From positions 9,598,564-9,662,563 of the forward strand of contig CM082585.2 of assembly GCA_040954595.2 (NCBI GenBank): 64,000 nucleotides of DNA. Reading direction: 5' to 3'. Both the position numbers and the translations under genes were made by a program. This DNA is from Balanoglossus misakiensis. Lineage: Eukaryota; Animalia; Hemichordata. Shown here piece by piece: positions 43,101-56,254 of the stretch; the stretch's first letter is position 1, and each line of letters starts with the position of its first letter. The notes beneath the pieces are model-generated. The model worked only from the letters and a program-made list of their open reading frames with translations, was not told the DNA's origin and searched no databases.

Positions 43101-46100
43101 AAATTTTCTTAGAAGTCCTAGTCTAGAATCTGGCCATGTCTTGTCCACAGACTTTGCTTCTAAAACTAAGCAAAGCGGACAAAACACCACTGGATACTAG
43201 ACTAGTAAGTCCACAAGTCTAGAAAGTTTCCCAGAAATTCGTGGAAGGATTTTTGTGACATTGGATGGGGGGTGATCAAGACCTTGATTTTGGGTGTAGG
43301 TCGTGTGCCATCTCTGATATACGATCGAGCATTAAGACGTACCGTCCAGACATATTGAGTTGCAAGTTTACAGCCTTACCTTGACTTTATAAGTCTGGTG
43401 GCCCGGTCGAGTAAAAGTAATGCTAACCTTCAACTCCTCGAGGTGAACAGTCAGTTTAATTGTCTTCTTTGGGAAAAATGTGTGTTTGATTATAAAGTTG
43501 CTAAATCGGTCAAAGTTAAGACTGACAAGAAAGTAAGTTTGGAAAAGTTCATAGTGGGGCTCTCATTAGACACTGCAGCTTATGTCGGTTTTATAATATA
43601 CCGTAGGTATAAAAGTTGTCTCAAAAGCCACTGACCACTGTTTTGGTTTGCCCTCTGTGTCAAATTGTCCTTAGATCACTCTGTGGCCATAGATCACACT
43701 GTAATGGAACCATCAAGGAAGTCGTCATTCGTATGTTTAACAAACAAATCGTAAATACTGCGGTCTGCAATGCATGCAGTGCTACGAGCAAGCACATGGA
43801 ATTCTCCAGAAGATCTTTTTGTCTTTAATGCAAAGTCGGTATAGCACACATGCTGCAGATTTCTGTGTTGGCATGGAAGGTTTCTCAATTATATACTTTC
43901 TCTAGCTAATCCTTGCGTGGATGGTTCATATAGAGTGCAAGTCTCTGAGAAAACACAGAGCAAGCTATTAAACACGCATGAAAATTTGGCAGCTTGTTGC
44001 ACGTGGACAGTTGGCAGAGACGGTTCAGTTGTTCCTTATGACCAGTTAAAGATTTGTGATGCCATCTAACGGGTCATGGGGTCACTGTGTGACCTCATGC
44101 AACACCGCTAACAGTCTAAACAGGCGTGGGTATGGTTTACGCTTCAAGTTGCCGTCAAGCGGGGTTTTTTTCTCTCCAGCCGGCTGAAATAAACTGGAAG
44201 TTGTAGATTTGCATTGACGCAGACAAGCATATGGCCCTCATCTATCAAAAGTTCATCATGGATTTTGATGTGGGAAAGGCGCAACCCACCCTCTCTAGAA
44301 ATGGTTGCATGATTATGGGCTCAGCTCTTTCCAACAGGTGTCATTGTACAAGACGAGATCAGTTCATAGTACTGAATCGTTTCTTGCAACAGGAGACCAT
44401 GATGTTTCATCTCGTTACATTATAAGGTCTGGCTGTGGGATTTGAGAAACTTAGTGACTGTTGGTACGTTGCAACCGTGTCATGAATTTGAAACCTGTGC
44501 ATACTACCTTAATGGAGTGTCTAGACTGTGGACATGTATTTATTTTCTACCCCTGTCGTAAAATGAAAATTCAATACTTCATCTAAGTTAGCTTTATAGA
44601 TACATGTAGGCAGATATAAATCATTATGCAATTGCCATATGTGTCATCGCATATATCATTGCCGATGGATTAGAGAAAGTAGGTTGTGTGATTTGATCTC
44701 TGAACTTCCTCGTCTGGTCAGAAAAAGTTGAGTGTGTCCTTGAGGCGTAAATGTATTGTAGGCAAACTTTGATGCTCTGATTGGGAACGATGCATTACAC
44801 GTATGTACATCACCACCTAATTCTGCCCGTGCTTTGGATGAAAAACAATCTCAGTGAAACATCAGAAGTTTACACACATCTGGACTTCTGCAAGAAGCTT
44901 CCAGAATTATTGTCCCATGTGGTGTGTCTCCATGCTCATTTGTATGTGTTAACAATGATCTGGGGATTTTTGCAAGGGATCAGAGACTGCTTGGAGATTT
45001 TCCAATCCCAGAATCGTGTCTGGGGCATTGTCGTGTTTGGTTTCTTTCTGTATCTATGCCAAGGATTATACCCCACTTCAATCACATTAGTTATCTACTC
45101 TCACTCATCCCTTTCTTCCTGTGTGCATCTCTCCAGGAGTCTACATTTATCTTTTCTCCTTCCACCCATCCCTCATTTACATTGGTTGAGTCCCTAATCT
45201 CCAATTTTGAATCTTTGCCATATAGTTTTGTGCTTTAAGCTTCACCCACCAGTCCCTGTTATCAGTAACTCTCATAGTTTTATCAGTCCCACCCTGTTGG
45301 CATCACCTATCTAGTTCTGTACATAGACATGTGTCTTTCCTGCGAACACTCCAGAAAAAAAAGACCCTGGGATGAGTGCCAGAAATGTTCACAAGTCGAT
45401 CATAAAAAGTGAAATATGTGAACTAGAAGGGCTTTGCATCTGTGTCAAACAAAATTATGAAGGCAGTTTGTGAAAGCAGACACCAAAAGATTCAAGTCCG
45501 AATTAAAGGTCAAATCATGGCCACTGTTCAGTGGAGTGACCGGAGGGATTCTAGGTCAACAACCCAAATTCCGGCCACTGTGGCCCGTCCGACATTCAGG
45601 GCATCTATAACCTAACGTGAATGAGCCATGCTGGTAAATGTTTACAGTACAGATGTCTAAATCATTGAAAGGCGAATCTGCGTTCATCTCAACCAACCAT
45701 CCATCATTGTGACTGTGAGTTTTGGTATGCTAACGTCCAGAAGGCCAAAACAGCACATAAGACTGTCAGTAGTCTACGGTAGACCCTTTTCGACTATATG
45801 TTGTACACATGGTTGGTATCATCTGTTTTGGTACTGTTGGGCTATAAAAGAAAGACACTAAAAGTTGCTTATACAACCTTCAATTGCCCACGAAACCTTC
45901 AAATCGGCAGGTGGTGCCAAGAACACTGCAAGACAGTGAACTCTGCGAAGGTCAGGGGTGGGTGGGCATCAGTATTTGACAAGAATGAACTCAAAGGCCA
46001 AGTTTGAAGCAAAGTTGGCCATCTTTGAAGTAAAGTATGCTTTTAAGACTAATAAGAGTTTGAGTCGGTGAAGTCCTAAGCTTAACAAAGCGTGCAGTTC

Positions 46101-49100
46101 TTTGATGACAAACAGATGACCAAACCTGATTAGTCTTGGTAGTGAAGGGTTAAACTTGACTTCCAAAAGCCACTCAGATGGTACATATATCTCAGACACT
46201 GACCAGATGAGTGTGACACAGTTACCTAATTTGCCAACCACGTAGAATTTTGCTGTACACCAGGTTTAATCATTAAATTTTCACAAACTCCGCAATACTG
46301 GTATTCAATTTCTAGATTTATGACCAGTACATCTGCAAATACTCGTACTATGTGATGAAAAATGACCATGGATGGCTCTACACGGTGTTGTACCAAAGTT
46401 CAAACTCATTTTGATGCTAAAGATGTGGGAATGCCCCACCACACACATGCTGATCGAGACGAACACCGCAAAAGGGCCTGGTTGACAATTTTTTTTTCAA
46501 AGACGAAGTATGCTTGATACTGCAGTTGGGGCATCTTCTTGCTTGGCCACAAAGTGATATACAGAATTTGAACTTTGACCTTCTCTTCTCTTCTCTCTTA
46601 CAGGTGATAGCAAGGATATTTTACACTGTGAACAGATCTTGGTCAGGCAGAATCACCGTGAATGAACTCAGAAGATCCAACCTTTTACAGGTAACGATCG
46701 AGACAAATTTTCAACCAGAGACTTGTTGTCCTATCCAGAAGTTGTGCCTTATAGGTTTACTAGAAAAATAATTGCAGGATTGCTTGAAAACTGAAATATC
46801 GCCACCTCAAAAATATGCAGAGATTCAGTTTTGATGTGTGATTGTGAACAGCTGGTATTTTTGTTTCATCTGGCGGTCATGTGTGTCATCACACCAGTAG
46901 ACAAAAACATCACTTTGCATCATCTGTTTCTTTAAATATCACAAAACGTGGCAAGTTGTTGAGTGCCAAGTGCCCCAGACAAACCTGCGTCCATTGTGAT
47001 TCGCTTGTGGCGTGACTTGGGTGTCTGGTGACGATGGATTACTGAATGAATGTATATCACAGGGCTTTATAGTCATCATGGAGAAAAATGGGGCTACTGG
47101 GGCCTGTGTCATCAAATTTCTGGAAATTGCCCTCTGACCACGCTTGTCCGCGGTCAGAGCCTGGAACCAATTATCGATGTGTATGTCGTACGTGATACTG
47201 GTCATCACTGTCTGGGACATGGTGAGATGTGTTGTGGTCATGTGATCTGCTCTGTTGTCATGTGATAATTGACCTGCCTTGAGATATGGTGAGACAATGT
47301 CTAAGCCTAGGTAGCTGGACTACATGTAAGCCCTAAGTCTTGTTTTTGTTCTATTCATATTAAACAGACAATTCAAGTATTAGAAGAGGAAGAAGACATC
47401 AACCAAATTACAGACTTCTTTTCCTATGAGCATTTCTATGTGGTATACTGTAAATTCTGGGAGCTGGACACTGACCATGATCTCTTCATCGATAAAAAAG
47501 ATCTTGCCAAACACAATGACCATGGTGAGTAATATAATGAGTGCAAATTACTGAACAATCAAATTATTTTTATTTCACTCAATTATTTCTGTGAGAAAAT
47601 TGTCATCTCTCTCCTATACCATGCTGTAGTTGCTCCTGTAGAGCTTCTTGTCATCAGATTAGCACCCTCTATAGATCAACTCTGCATAAAATCACGACCA
47701 CATAGTATTTAAACAGTAATATTACTCGCCAGCAATAGTTGTTTCAGTGCCTTTATATGTTGACTTGAGATTTAAATCAAAAGATGGAATTTTAATATAA
47801 TATTTTTTTTTATCCTAATAGCAATATCATCAAGGATGATCGACAGAATATTTTCTGGTTCTGTAACAAGGTAAATCTCTTGTGCTTTATTACTCAGTCT
47901 TTTGTCTTTATATCTGTCATCGGACTGAACCATGGTGGTGAAAGGGTTAAACAGTATGCTGGTTTTCTGTCTTTTCAGTGGCCCAACACAGCGCGAGGGG
48001 AAGATGAGTTACTCAGAATTCTGCTGGTTTCTTATATCAGAGGAAGACAAAAGGCAACCAACTAGGTAAGAATGTTGAACAAAAGGTTGTCTAATGCTGT
48101 CCTGTAAGTTAGATCTGTGAGTCTTCACTAAACACTGATATACATTTCAGTGTAGAGTATTGGTTCCGCTGCATGGACTTGGACGGCGATGGTTTCCTGT
48201 CGATGTATGAATTAGAATATTTTTACGAAGAGCAACTGCAGAAGATGGAAAGTCTAGGAATTGAAACCCTGCCGTTTGAAGATTGTCTATGTCAGGTGAG
48301 TCAATGCTAGAAATCGTCATCACTGCATGAGAACCATTTCTAAGATCATAGTGCTGCTGGATAGTCTGAGAAAACTCTTGTTGAGTCTTGGGGATCACCT
48401 GTGATTTCGACTGACAAAGACAACACACTTTACTTTCTTTGCAGATGATAGACATGGTGAAACCAAGGCTACCCGACAAAATATCACTGGGTGACCTCAA
48501 GGCTTGCGAGATGACGCCGATATTCTTTGATACTTTCTTTAACCTTGAGAAGTACTTGGATCATGAACAGAGAGATCCATTTGCATCAGCCAGGGTAAGT
48601 GTCATGCATAATTTAGTGTTTGAAGGGGCTATAGGTTGGTACACATTTTAATGACAGACTACATGTACACACTTTTAGAGAAACTTAATGTTCTTGGCAC
48701 ACTGTAGACAACCTTTTCAGTTCGAGTTACTGGTCATAATTTGGACAGCTACATTATATACCAAATCAGAATACAGATTTCAGATAGACTTCAGGTCAGT
48801 ATGCAGTTAGTTGCTTAATTCAACAGCTAGTGACAGAGATAGTGTCCAGTTAGTGTTACATGTACTGATAATAATAATACTGTTTCAGGATCATGATTAT
48901 GATGGACCTGAACCAACAGACTGGGAGAAATACGCTGCTGAGGAGTATGAATTATTGGTGGCAGAGGAAAGTGCCAATGAACCAGAACTGTGAGTAAATC
49001 TACTGTGGATCTTTGATATTTCTCATGCGTTCTTCTTAGTGTGTACCGGTAGATACAATGTACAAGAGCTTTATTGTTTTTTCAGAGATTATCCAGATGA

Positions 49101-49233
49101 CTTTGAACCTGAAGATGAAAGTGATGAATTAGCTATAGTTGATTCAGCCCAGAAGCTGTCCTTACAGGATCCGCCACAGAAAATAAAAAATAATGGCAAC
49201 AAGCGAAATGCAGAAAACTCAAGTAGCATTTGA
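31174..49233 (+). CDS. PPP2R3B: PP2A regulatory subunit B'' (PPP2R3A/PPP2R3B co-orthologue). Exons include 31174-31497, 36208-36393, 36730-36833, 37051-37154, 37943-38017, 46604-46690, then several to 49233
   Basis: [16 protein letters not shown] (PR70-type N-terminus), [73 protein letters not shown]-hand [28 protein letters not shown]. Confidence 0.93.
33464..33757 (+). CDS. Candidate alternative first coding exon of PPP2R3 (98 aa)
   Basis: GC-rich open frame MKELHHAS...[34 protein letters not shown] ending in CAG|GTATG. It is phase 0 and so compatible with the exon at 36208. Confidence 0.6.
38898..39899 (-). CDS. Nested antisense gene: 333-aa secreted His/Gly/Pro-rich and Glu-rich low-complexity protein with a single coding exon
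   Basis: 1002-bp GC-rich ORF with an aagATG start and signal peptide [19 protein letters not shown]. The splice acceptor at 39930 and donor at 40597 define a 5'UTR intron. It lies inside PPP2R3 intron 38018-46603. Confidence 0.88.
   Translation of the reverse strand: MISLQLCIGLAILVMGVTSYPALTARPGHSGVIHVVIGGPHGHAPGHEVRPDPHDYAPGRGGEHPVHEILPGHGSEHGRPVYEIITPSPEADVVQPTEGEVIVDTTERIVTEEERPVTDAEAVEEPEITESEQVAPTDKPVNESASNVTEAAEGVTEEAAATTAAAGGGGGGTVSDYFGESTAVSDHVGGGTSSDFIRSTADYVGGGTVSDNIRSTANDFWPGFSTALPTDAPPHEEEEEKSVEEEIKEEEEEEVEQEEEEVEQEEEEVEQEVEKEDEEDKPAKEATEPTDEVAEPTEAPEEEPAKDIPKIEIDIIVDFQDREYYVKDVRPLP
39064..39195 (-). repeat. Coding tandem repeat (21-nt EVEQEEE units within a poly-Glu tract)
   Basis: ttcctgttccacttcttcttc is repeated three times, the last imperfectly. 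Confidence 0.85.
39255..39400 (-). repeat. Coding degenerate repeat GGGT(V/S)SD..(R/E)STA, three copies
   Basis: gtgcctcccccta/tc occurs three times, encoding [27 protein letters not shown] and [13 protein letters not shown]. Confidence 0.8.
40746..40822 (-). promoter_or_regulatory. Promoter of the nested gene: TATA-like box, CArG box and CCAAT
   Basis: TATTTAAA on the - strand at 40746-40753, a perfect CC(A/T)6GG (CCTAATATGG) at 40788-40797 and CCAAT near 40819. All lie just upstream of the 5'UTR exon that ends at 40598. Confidence 0.6.
41105..41263. repeat. GA-rich polypurine tract
   Basis: About 160 bp of almost pure G/A (gagagaagagggcagagatggagagagaaggggagg...). Confidence 0.85.
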
Positions 49234-52114
49234 ATGGAAATGGAAGGAGCTCGATTTCAGAATTACGAATGCCCAAAGTATCAAGAAAGGAGTTATCATT
49301 TCCTGTGGCTTTGGGAGACACCAGTGATTGTGAGATTCAAATGTATTAAACCAATATGTTCCACTCTGAGATATTGTCAATTGAATGAGTGGCTATCTCA
49401 TAGCAAAGGAAGTTAGGGAGTCAATTATGGCAATCTTTGGTGATAGCAGTTGCAGAAATGAGCCGAGGCCTTCTAAGTTTATGCATCTGTGCAGATATGA
49501 GAAATGAGAATGTGTGCACCATGATATTGTTTCAAGATGAGAACTTTGCAGTCAGTCGTTTCAGAAAAAACAAACAAATTCAGTCCATTTTAAGAGACAG
49601 TGTGCAAATTTGGCCTTAGTTTATTTTCAGTGTCGTGCAAAAAATGTGTGCTTTTGTTTTTTATGTTGCTTGTCTGCCGACTGTATGCAACACAACAGTG
49701 TTTAATGACATTCCAGCTTGCTCGGTGAACTTTGTTGATACTTTGAAGTGGATCTGGTGGAATATGGCACTCGAATCACAGTCTAGAGTGAAGAATCTGT
49801 CCCTCTCCTGCTTGTAATTTGATGTGCCAAACAAGTCTCCCTTCCACTTCCCGTCCATGTTGCTCTGGCAAGACCACTGTCAGAGAAAATGGATAAACCA
49901 CATCAATGTGTGCTTTTTCTTAAAAATTGCCTTGGTAAACAGCGCCCTCAGAGTTTGAAATTGAAAATTAGGCTAATAATCAAAAGACAGTATTCACACA
50001 TACTTAATGTATAGTTTAACAGCTGATGTATAGTTTAACAGCAAAGTTTGTATTCCTATAATTAGCTTGTTTTACAAGATGAAAATTTCACAGTAGGCTT
50101 GCCAGAAAAAATAGCCAAAATATATCAGTCTTGTTTGGTCACTCAGCAGCCACCAAGCTGTTGCTTTTATTTTTACCTTGCTCTAATCTATTCTACCTAA
50201 TTTATAATTTTCAATTGTAACTATAAATCACATTAAATGTGTAAATATTTTGTTAATTTTGTTAATATTTTGTCAAGTTCTGGGTTTTCATGCATGGTTG
50301 CAGAGAGAAGCTGATTACAAATTCCTAATACTTATTTCAGCTCATGTGTTTGAAACTTTCAATTTCCATCCAGCAGGAATTGCATACATGCTTAAAAAGA
50401 TGTCTGTTTAAGTATGCATTTGCACGAAAACTCAAAACTATCAAAACTATGCAGTTGATGACAGGCCAGTGTACTATAGAAAAGATTTATCAATGTATAT
50501 ATATTTGTAATAGTGTTAAATATTAAAGGGGCAGCAGTTGTAACTCTTGATATTGTAAGTGTTTACGCCTGGTGTGGCAAGTATTCCCTGAAACATATTG
50601 TTATTGAAACCAGTAGTACTTGTCAACGCAGCATTGATTTTTACCAAGAGTATTATTATCGCTGTCATCACTACTTAAAAGTCAACACGCGATGATAATG
50701 GTGAAACTGGATAGAAAATAGATCATGTACCAAAATCTGATGTTTGTATTTTGTAGCAACTGCTCACATTCGAGTGCATGTCTTCCTTCTTAAAATGTCA
50801 TTTTGTCTGTTCCAGTGCATATTTTGTTTGTGTGCCGTTTCTATAGTGTTGCTGGGTAGATATAGTGCGCCCCCAACGACTGATACTGAAAATGCCTCAG
50901 AAATGACCATCTCCTAGCACGAGTTTTTGTAAAGTGATAGTCTGCTGTAGTATGTATCCATTATTTTGGGCGAGGAAATTATTAGAAGTATTTAATTTAA
51001 CTGTGTAAAAGTCTGTGAATGGCTTTACAAGCTCTGTCTTTTTTTTTAATTGAATCTGATGAAGATGCCATCGTCGTTGCTATGGTACATTAAAAGATGA
51101 CAAGATTGGTCAAGTGTATGTTTGCGAACGTGTTTCTCAATTTCCATCTGTATGCTGTAAAGGGGATTCACTTGTCAGGGAGGGGGGTGGGGGGTGGGGG
51201 AAAAAAGAACACGCAACTCCAAGTCTATGTAATAAAGCCACCTTGTAAAAGCTGTATTGTGACCATAGGAAAAGATGAATACATCCACACACGTACAACA
51301 AAGATAATTTTTACAAATTCATAACTGAGCCACTGTTGGTCCCTGTCTACAAGTGAAGAGGTCTGTTGGTATCATGCTTTCCTGAGGCGAATAAGAAGTT
51401 CATTAATACAATAAATCTTGCAATAAGACCTTCCTGTGCATGGTGGACCAAGTCATCGCAGTGGTGTCTGGGTAAACAAGATGGCGACAAAGTTTGGAGA
51501 TTTTTCAATAGACTTTCCCTGGTCTCAATGCGGGCAGCCATCTTGGGAGCCTCGTTTTCGGGTCCGGGTAAAAAGACACTGTCAGTATGCTGCCAGATTA
51601 TAAATTTGGGGCTTTGAATGTTTTCATAGCTGTGTGAATGCCTCATATATAATACAACACTAACACAACATTAAAATAGAAAACATTTGAAGACTTTTAA
51701 TTCTTGTGGTGCGCTTGGTTTAGAAAATATCCAGTTGTCTCTTCACGTTGCAAAGGCATTGCCTATCTACACACAACAGCCCAGCACATTATGATGCATG
51801 ATGTGGGGCTCCTCGCTGCCAAATGCACCCAGAAATTTGTTTCTCTTGTTCAGTTTGACAAATAATTTGTTCACAGGTTGTCAAAACACCCTGAATTTGA
51901 TTGACATAATATAATTTTCTCGGCCAAAGGGTAACACAAGAGGTGAACCCCCTGTAAATTATTCATATGTAAATAATAACAAATAGAAACGACCTTTACA
52001 CAAACTAGCTCACTTGTCCTTTCCACTACTAAACAGTCAGAACTTCCTGTGTAAATAAAGAAATTGACTTCCTTTGACATATATAACCAACACAACCATC
52101 AAATCATTTGACAT

Positions 52115-53230
52115 TCAATCATCCGTGATATCAACCTCGGAATCACTTTCATCATCATCATCGTCTGTACTCTCGGCCTCTTTGTTTACTCTTGCTCGCT
52201 TTCTAGGGGTGCCTCCTTCTGAATACGGGTTCTGGCACCCCCTGCACCGACACTGCGAGCAACCTTTGAACCCGACGTAGCAAGGACACCGTCTGCTGTA
52301 GCATGTATATTTCCCCGGCGAGATGTTCATATTGCCGGTTCCGCAGCGACACCCTTTCCTCTCGACCCGTTTCCCGTCGCGGGGTTTCCGACCGATTATG
52401 ACTAGCTTCAAATCCTCTGGCCTATCCGGGTCTATTTCCTTGATGCTCTTTTTGCCAAGTTTGGTCTTGTTGTCAATCACAGTTTGTTGAAGTTTCCTGC
52501 CAGTCCTAGGTAGGTTCTTTTTCCTCTTGAATTTCATTTTTGTGGAAACGCTGTTGGACAGGGAGACACTGTACGAGCTAGCCACACTGTTATTTACGGT
52601 GGCATCCGCTTCGTTCTGCACAGAGCCATCACATTCACCCGGCGAATCCTCGTCTGCTGTCGGGTGATCAGTTCGTTTCCTGGACACCGCCGGGGTGGGT
52701 TCACTCTTCACCTCCGAGCTCGCCTCGCTGTTTATTTTCTGGGGAACGGCTGTCATGGCCGATATCGCCGTGGCCAGGTCCAGACTCGTGGACCGCGACC
52801 CGCTCGCCCTGTTGTTGACAATGGCCATACCTTCTTGCAACACTGTCAATGGGTTACTGAAGCCGCCATTAGTCGTGGCGGCTAGGTTCTTGGCAATCGG
52901 CGTGTCGGCGATGAATTCGCACAACTTCTTGAAACAGGGGAGGAGCGCGGCTACCTGCTTATTCTCCTCGAATTTCCCGTAGTCCTTGCACCAGGAACAC
53001 GACGGCTTCAGCCTCTTTTTGCCGCCCAGGCAAGCCCGACAGACGTGATGTTGACATGTAGAATCGGTCGGCCCCATCGGATCGACAATCAGCCTGGCAC
53101 ACACACAGCAAGACAGGGCCTGGCGAAGGTACGGGAGTAAACGGTAGAGATCGGACCATGACGTGGGATCGTCGGCGTTGGCCTGCAAAACGTACCTACA
53201 AGTGGAGATATAGAGACTGGTGGCGTTCAT
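52115..53230 (-). CDS. MSL2: E3 ubiquitin ligase MSL2 (RING and CXC domains), intronless CDS
   Basis: MNATSLYISTCRYVL, LYRLLPYLRQALSCCVC..PTDSTCQHHVCRAC.GGKKRLKPSCSWCKDY (MSL2 RING), and KGCRCG...TCYSRRCPCY...CSQCRCRGCQNPY (CXC). Confidence 0.96.
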   Translation of the reverse strand: MNATSLYISTCRYVLQANADDPTSWSDLYRLLPYLRQALSCCVCARLIVDPMGPTDSTCQHHVCRACLGGKKRLKPSCSWCKDYGKFEENKQVAALLPCFKKLCEFIADTPIAKNLAATTNGGFSNPLTVLQEGMAIVNNRASGSRSTSLDLATAISAMTAVPQKINSEASSEVKSEPTPAVSRKRTDHPTADEDSPGECDGSVQNEADATVNNSVASSYSVSLSNSVSTKMKFKRKKNLPRTGRKLQQTVIDNKTKLGKKSIKEIDPDRPEDLKLVIIGRKPRDGKRVERKGCRCGTGNMNISPGKYTCYSRRCPCYVGFKGCSQCRCRGCQNPYSEGGTPRKRARVNKEAESTDDDDDESDSEVDITDD

Positions 53231-53963
53231 TTTCACGCCGGTTGCAGGCGATGACTAATAGACTGCGCGGAATCGGAGCTGTCACGACCCTAGGATTCGC
53301 CGTGCCGTACGAGACCCCTGGGAAGCGCCGAAGTGTCGCCGTTCACCGCCGCCTCCTCTGCGTTGCGAGCTTGGGCACTAAATTGAGTGACGTCATTTTC
53401 CCGCGATACCCACATCTCGCGGTATGTTGCAGTATCGCGAGAACACCAAAGAGTGTGTCTTTATGTTGTCAAGAATAGTTGGTCCATTTATATCACTTTT
53501 ATGTGGTATTGACTGATGATGTCATTTTATCAGGGTGTCAAAATATTAAGATCAATATCAGAGTCAACCAAAGCGCATTTCTTCATCGAAGAATAGGAAA
53601 TATTATGTTTTATATCAACACAGATTTGTGAGTAAAACAGCAAACACAAGTCATAATTTGAGTTGGAAAGTTTTATTTCTAAGACTACAAATGAGAGACG
53701 GTTGTAAAATAAAATGAAACATGCACAATTTCAACCTCTGTCAGTGAAAGTGAGGACAAAAAGAAATTTTAAATCCCTGACACTGATAGAATTGCACTGA
53801 AATCTTTTCAAGTCACACCTAGCATACTTCATCATGTAATGTACTGCAAAGTGCACAATCCAAAAGTTTGGATATTTGCACAGGATGTCAGAGTGCTAAG
53901 CAGAATCACACTGACAACTTTGAAAGCAAAGATTGACGGACGACGATTAAGTTCTGATGTTTG

Positions 53964-55322
53964 CTAGCTGTTGAATGCCGGAAGTAGTTCCCACTCCTCT
54001 GGTATAAAATCCTCCATGGTGTTTAAAATTTGATGGAAACCCTCAGGATAGAAAGATTTGTCTAACTTTTTGTCTGGCAAAAAGACTGTTTTCATTCCGG
54101 CTGCAAGAGCGGACTTGACACCGTTAGGCGCGTCTTCGAACACCAATACCTGCAAAGCGACGAGAGAAAGCAGTGAAGTGGTTATAGCAAATGAGGATGT
54201 CACAAGTAGAAAAATGAAGCTGGAAAATGAATCATTATTCCGAAGTCAAATTTGATACTTACGTTTTCTGGATTGGGTGCCCCACCATCAAATCTCTGCG
54301 CTGTCACCGTATACGCATCTGGGGCTGGTTTGCCGTGTTTGATTTCCGGATCTGATCCGCAGCAGACTATATGATGAAACAGCTCAAAGAACTCTTTGTG
54401 TTTGGATTGCGTCTTCAGATCAAACAAGTGCTTTGATGACCCAGTCGATACAGCTATTGGAATATTATGTTGATGTAAATGTCTCACTAATCTTTCTGCG
54501 CCTATGAAAGAAAAAAAAATATTATTTGCAGTGATTATCAAAGTGACCTGTGCACTTTACAAGAACAAGGCATCTCTGTAACCAACCCAAGCAAGTCTGA
54601 GCAACAATACTCAAGTTCTCGAGCGTGCCTAAGCCTTGCATTTTCAGGCTACTCCACTCGCCTTTTGCTTCAATACTTATGCTGTGTTACTGTACCTGGT
54701 TTTTTATCGCAAGATGGAAACCTCCTAGTCTCTTCTTCAACTGCCAGCTGCAGAAATGCCTCTGGTTCAAGCGGAAGATCCAAAGTGTCAATCAATATTT
54801 GCGCCGCTGGTATAGGTTTCATCCCCATGAGTTTGGGCTTCACCGACCAATCATACGTCTTCCCGAACTTAGCAACAATTTCAGTGTATATCGATGCATA
54901 AATAGTTTCTGTATCTGTAAGTAATACATGTAGTGCAGATATTACATGCAAGAAATGTTTGATCACGTGTTTGATTATGAACAATCAATACACAAGCACA
55001 ATGTGTACAAACACTGACACTGACCAGGGCTGAGTCCAGTCTCTGTCAGTGTTTACAGCGGTGTTTTTCACGGTCTGTGGGTTCGTAGCCCTGCCAAAGG
55101 ACCCACAACAAATTGTGCACGTACCCAGACCCTGTCTAAACACACCCGATCAATATTAGCACACGATCTCAGCCGATCCGAATGACTCGTGTCACTGGTT
55201 CGATGTCCGATTCCATCGACATTATTTTTTGTGATTGCAGGAATAGGTAGACGCAACTCACCTAACAGAACACCATCCATGTCAAATATGACATGCGTGA
55301 TCGCACCTTTCTCTCCATTCAT
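53964..55322 (-). CDS. PUDP: Pseudouridine-5'-phosphatase (HDHD1/GS1-like HAD hydrolase), paralogue A, 4 exons
   Basis: [13 protein letters not shown]|[58 protein letters not shown]. Confidence 0.92.
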
Positions 55323-56254
55323 TGTAGATATATAACTGGACGCTTCACAACTGGTCTGTCTTCGCCAAGGAGCAAACTTATCTGGCCTTTGTTAATTACA
55401 CAGCTGATGCGAATGAGCTTTGACCCCTAAGGTTGACCCCTGAGGTTGACCCATCTGTTGGCTGAAGAGCGCCATCGCTGTTGGAAAACAATGTGTCCCT
55501 TTGTCTTATACAGATGGCTAGTTCGAAATCCTCTCTCAATTTGGCTGTGCTGAAATTTAAATTTTTGTACAACTTTCCAACAACAACGTTAACAACAGCA
55601 ACAATACCAACAACACACTTAGTTGTGTTCTACAATTTTATTGGCCAATAACAACATGAAAACTCCCAGATTACACCAAGATTGGTTTATTCCATAATTA
55701 AAAACAAATTAGTCTAACCCAGACCTCCATGAATAAATTGTGAACACAATGTTGTACTCTTCATATGCATATATGATATTAGATCAACAGTCAAGTAAGA
55801 GTTAAAATAACCCCCGTCCCCAGTATAGAAAATATAGATAAAGCTATGTTGAACAGAAAACACTTGTGCGTGAAAGTGCCAAATTATAGTGCACACAAAA
55901 TGGTAGCACCTTTGGCATTGCATGACGTATTCCTTTTTTTAATAGTTCAAGTAGCGCAGTTATTGGACAATGAAAAAAATCAGACTCTTGAGATATCATC
56001 AGCTGCAGAAAACAAATCATCATACAACCAAATGGTTCACTGATTCTCATTGGTTGAACATCCATCCATATATGGTTGGAGGACACTGATTGGTTGATTG
56101 TACACTATACCTTATGGAATATGACATGAGAACAGTGGAATTGTTGAGCTATATCAGGAACTGATTGGCTGACACCTTATAGTCATTTACTCTGATAGGC
56201 TAGAGCAAAGATTTAAACTTGGATCCAGCCACTGATTCTAACAAATCTGCAAGG

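Noticed and set aside
46939-47265. 100-aa minus-strand ORF with a possible donor near 46984, inside a PPP2R3 intron
   Set aside because: No recognisable homology and no identifiable partner exon, so there is not enough support.
50008-50042. Short tandem duplication TGTATAGTTTAACAGC x2
   Set aside because: An ordinary slippage duplication in a 3'UTR. Two units are not an array.
51347-51646. ORFs in the region between PPP2R3 and MSL2
   Set aside because: No homology or splice structure; most likely 3'UTR sequence.
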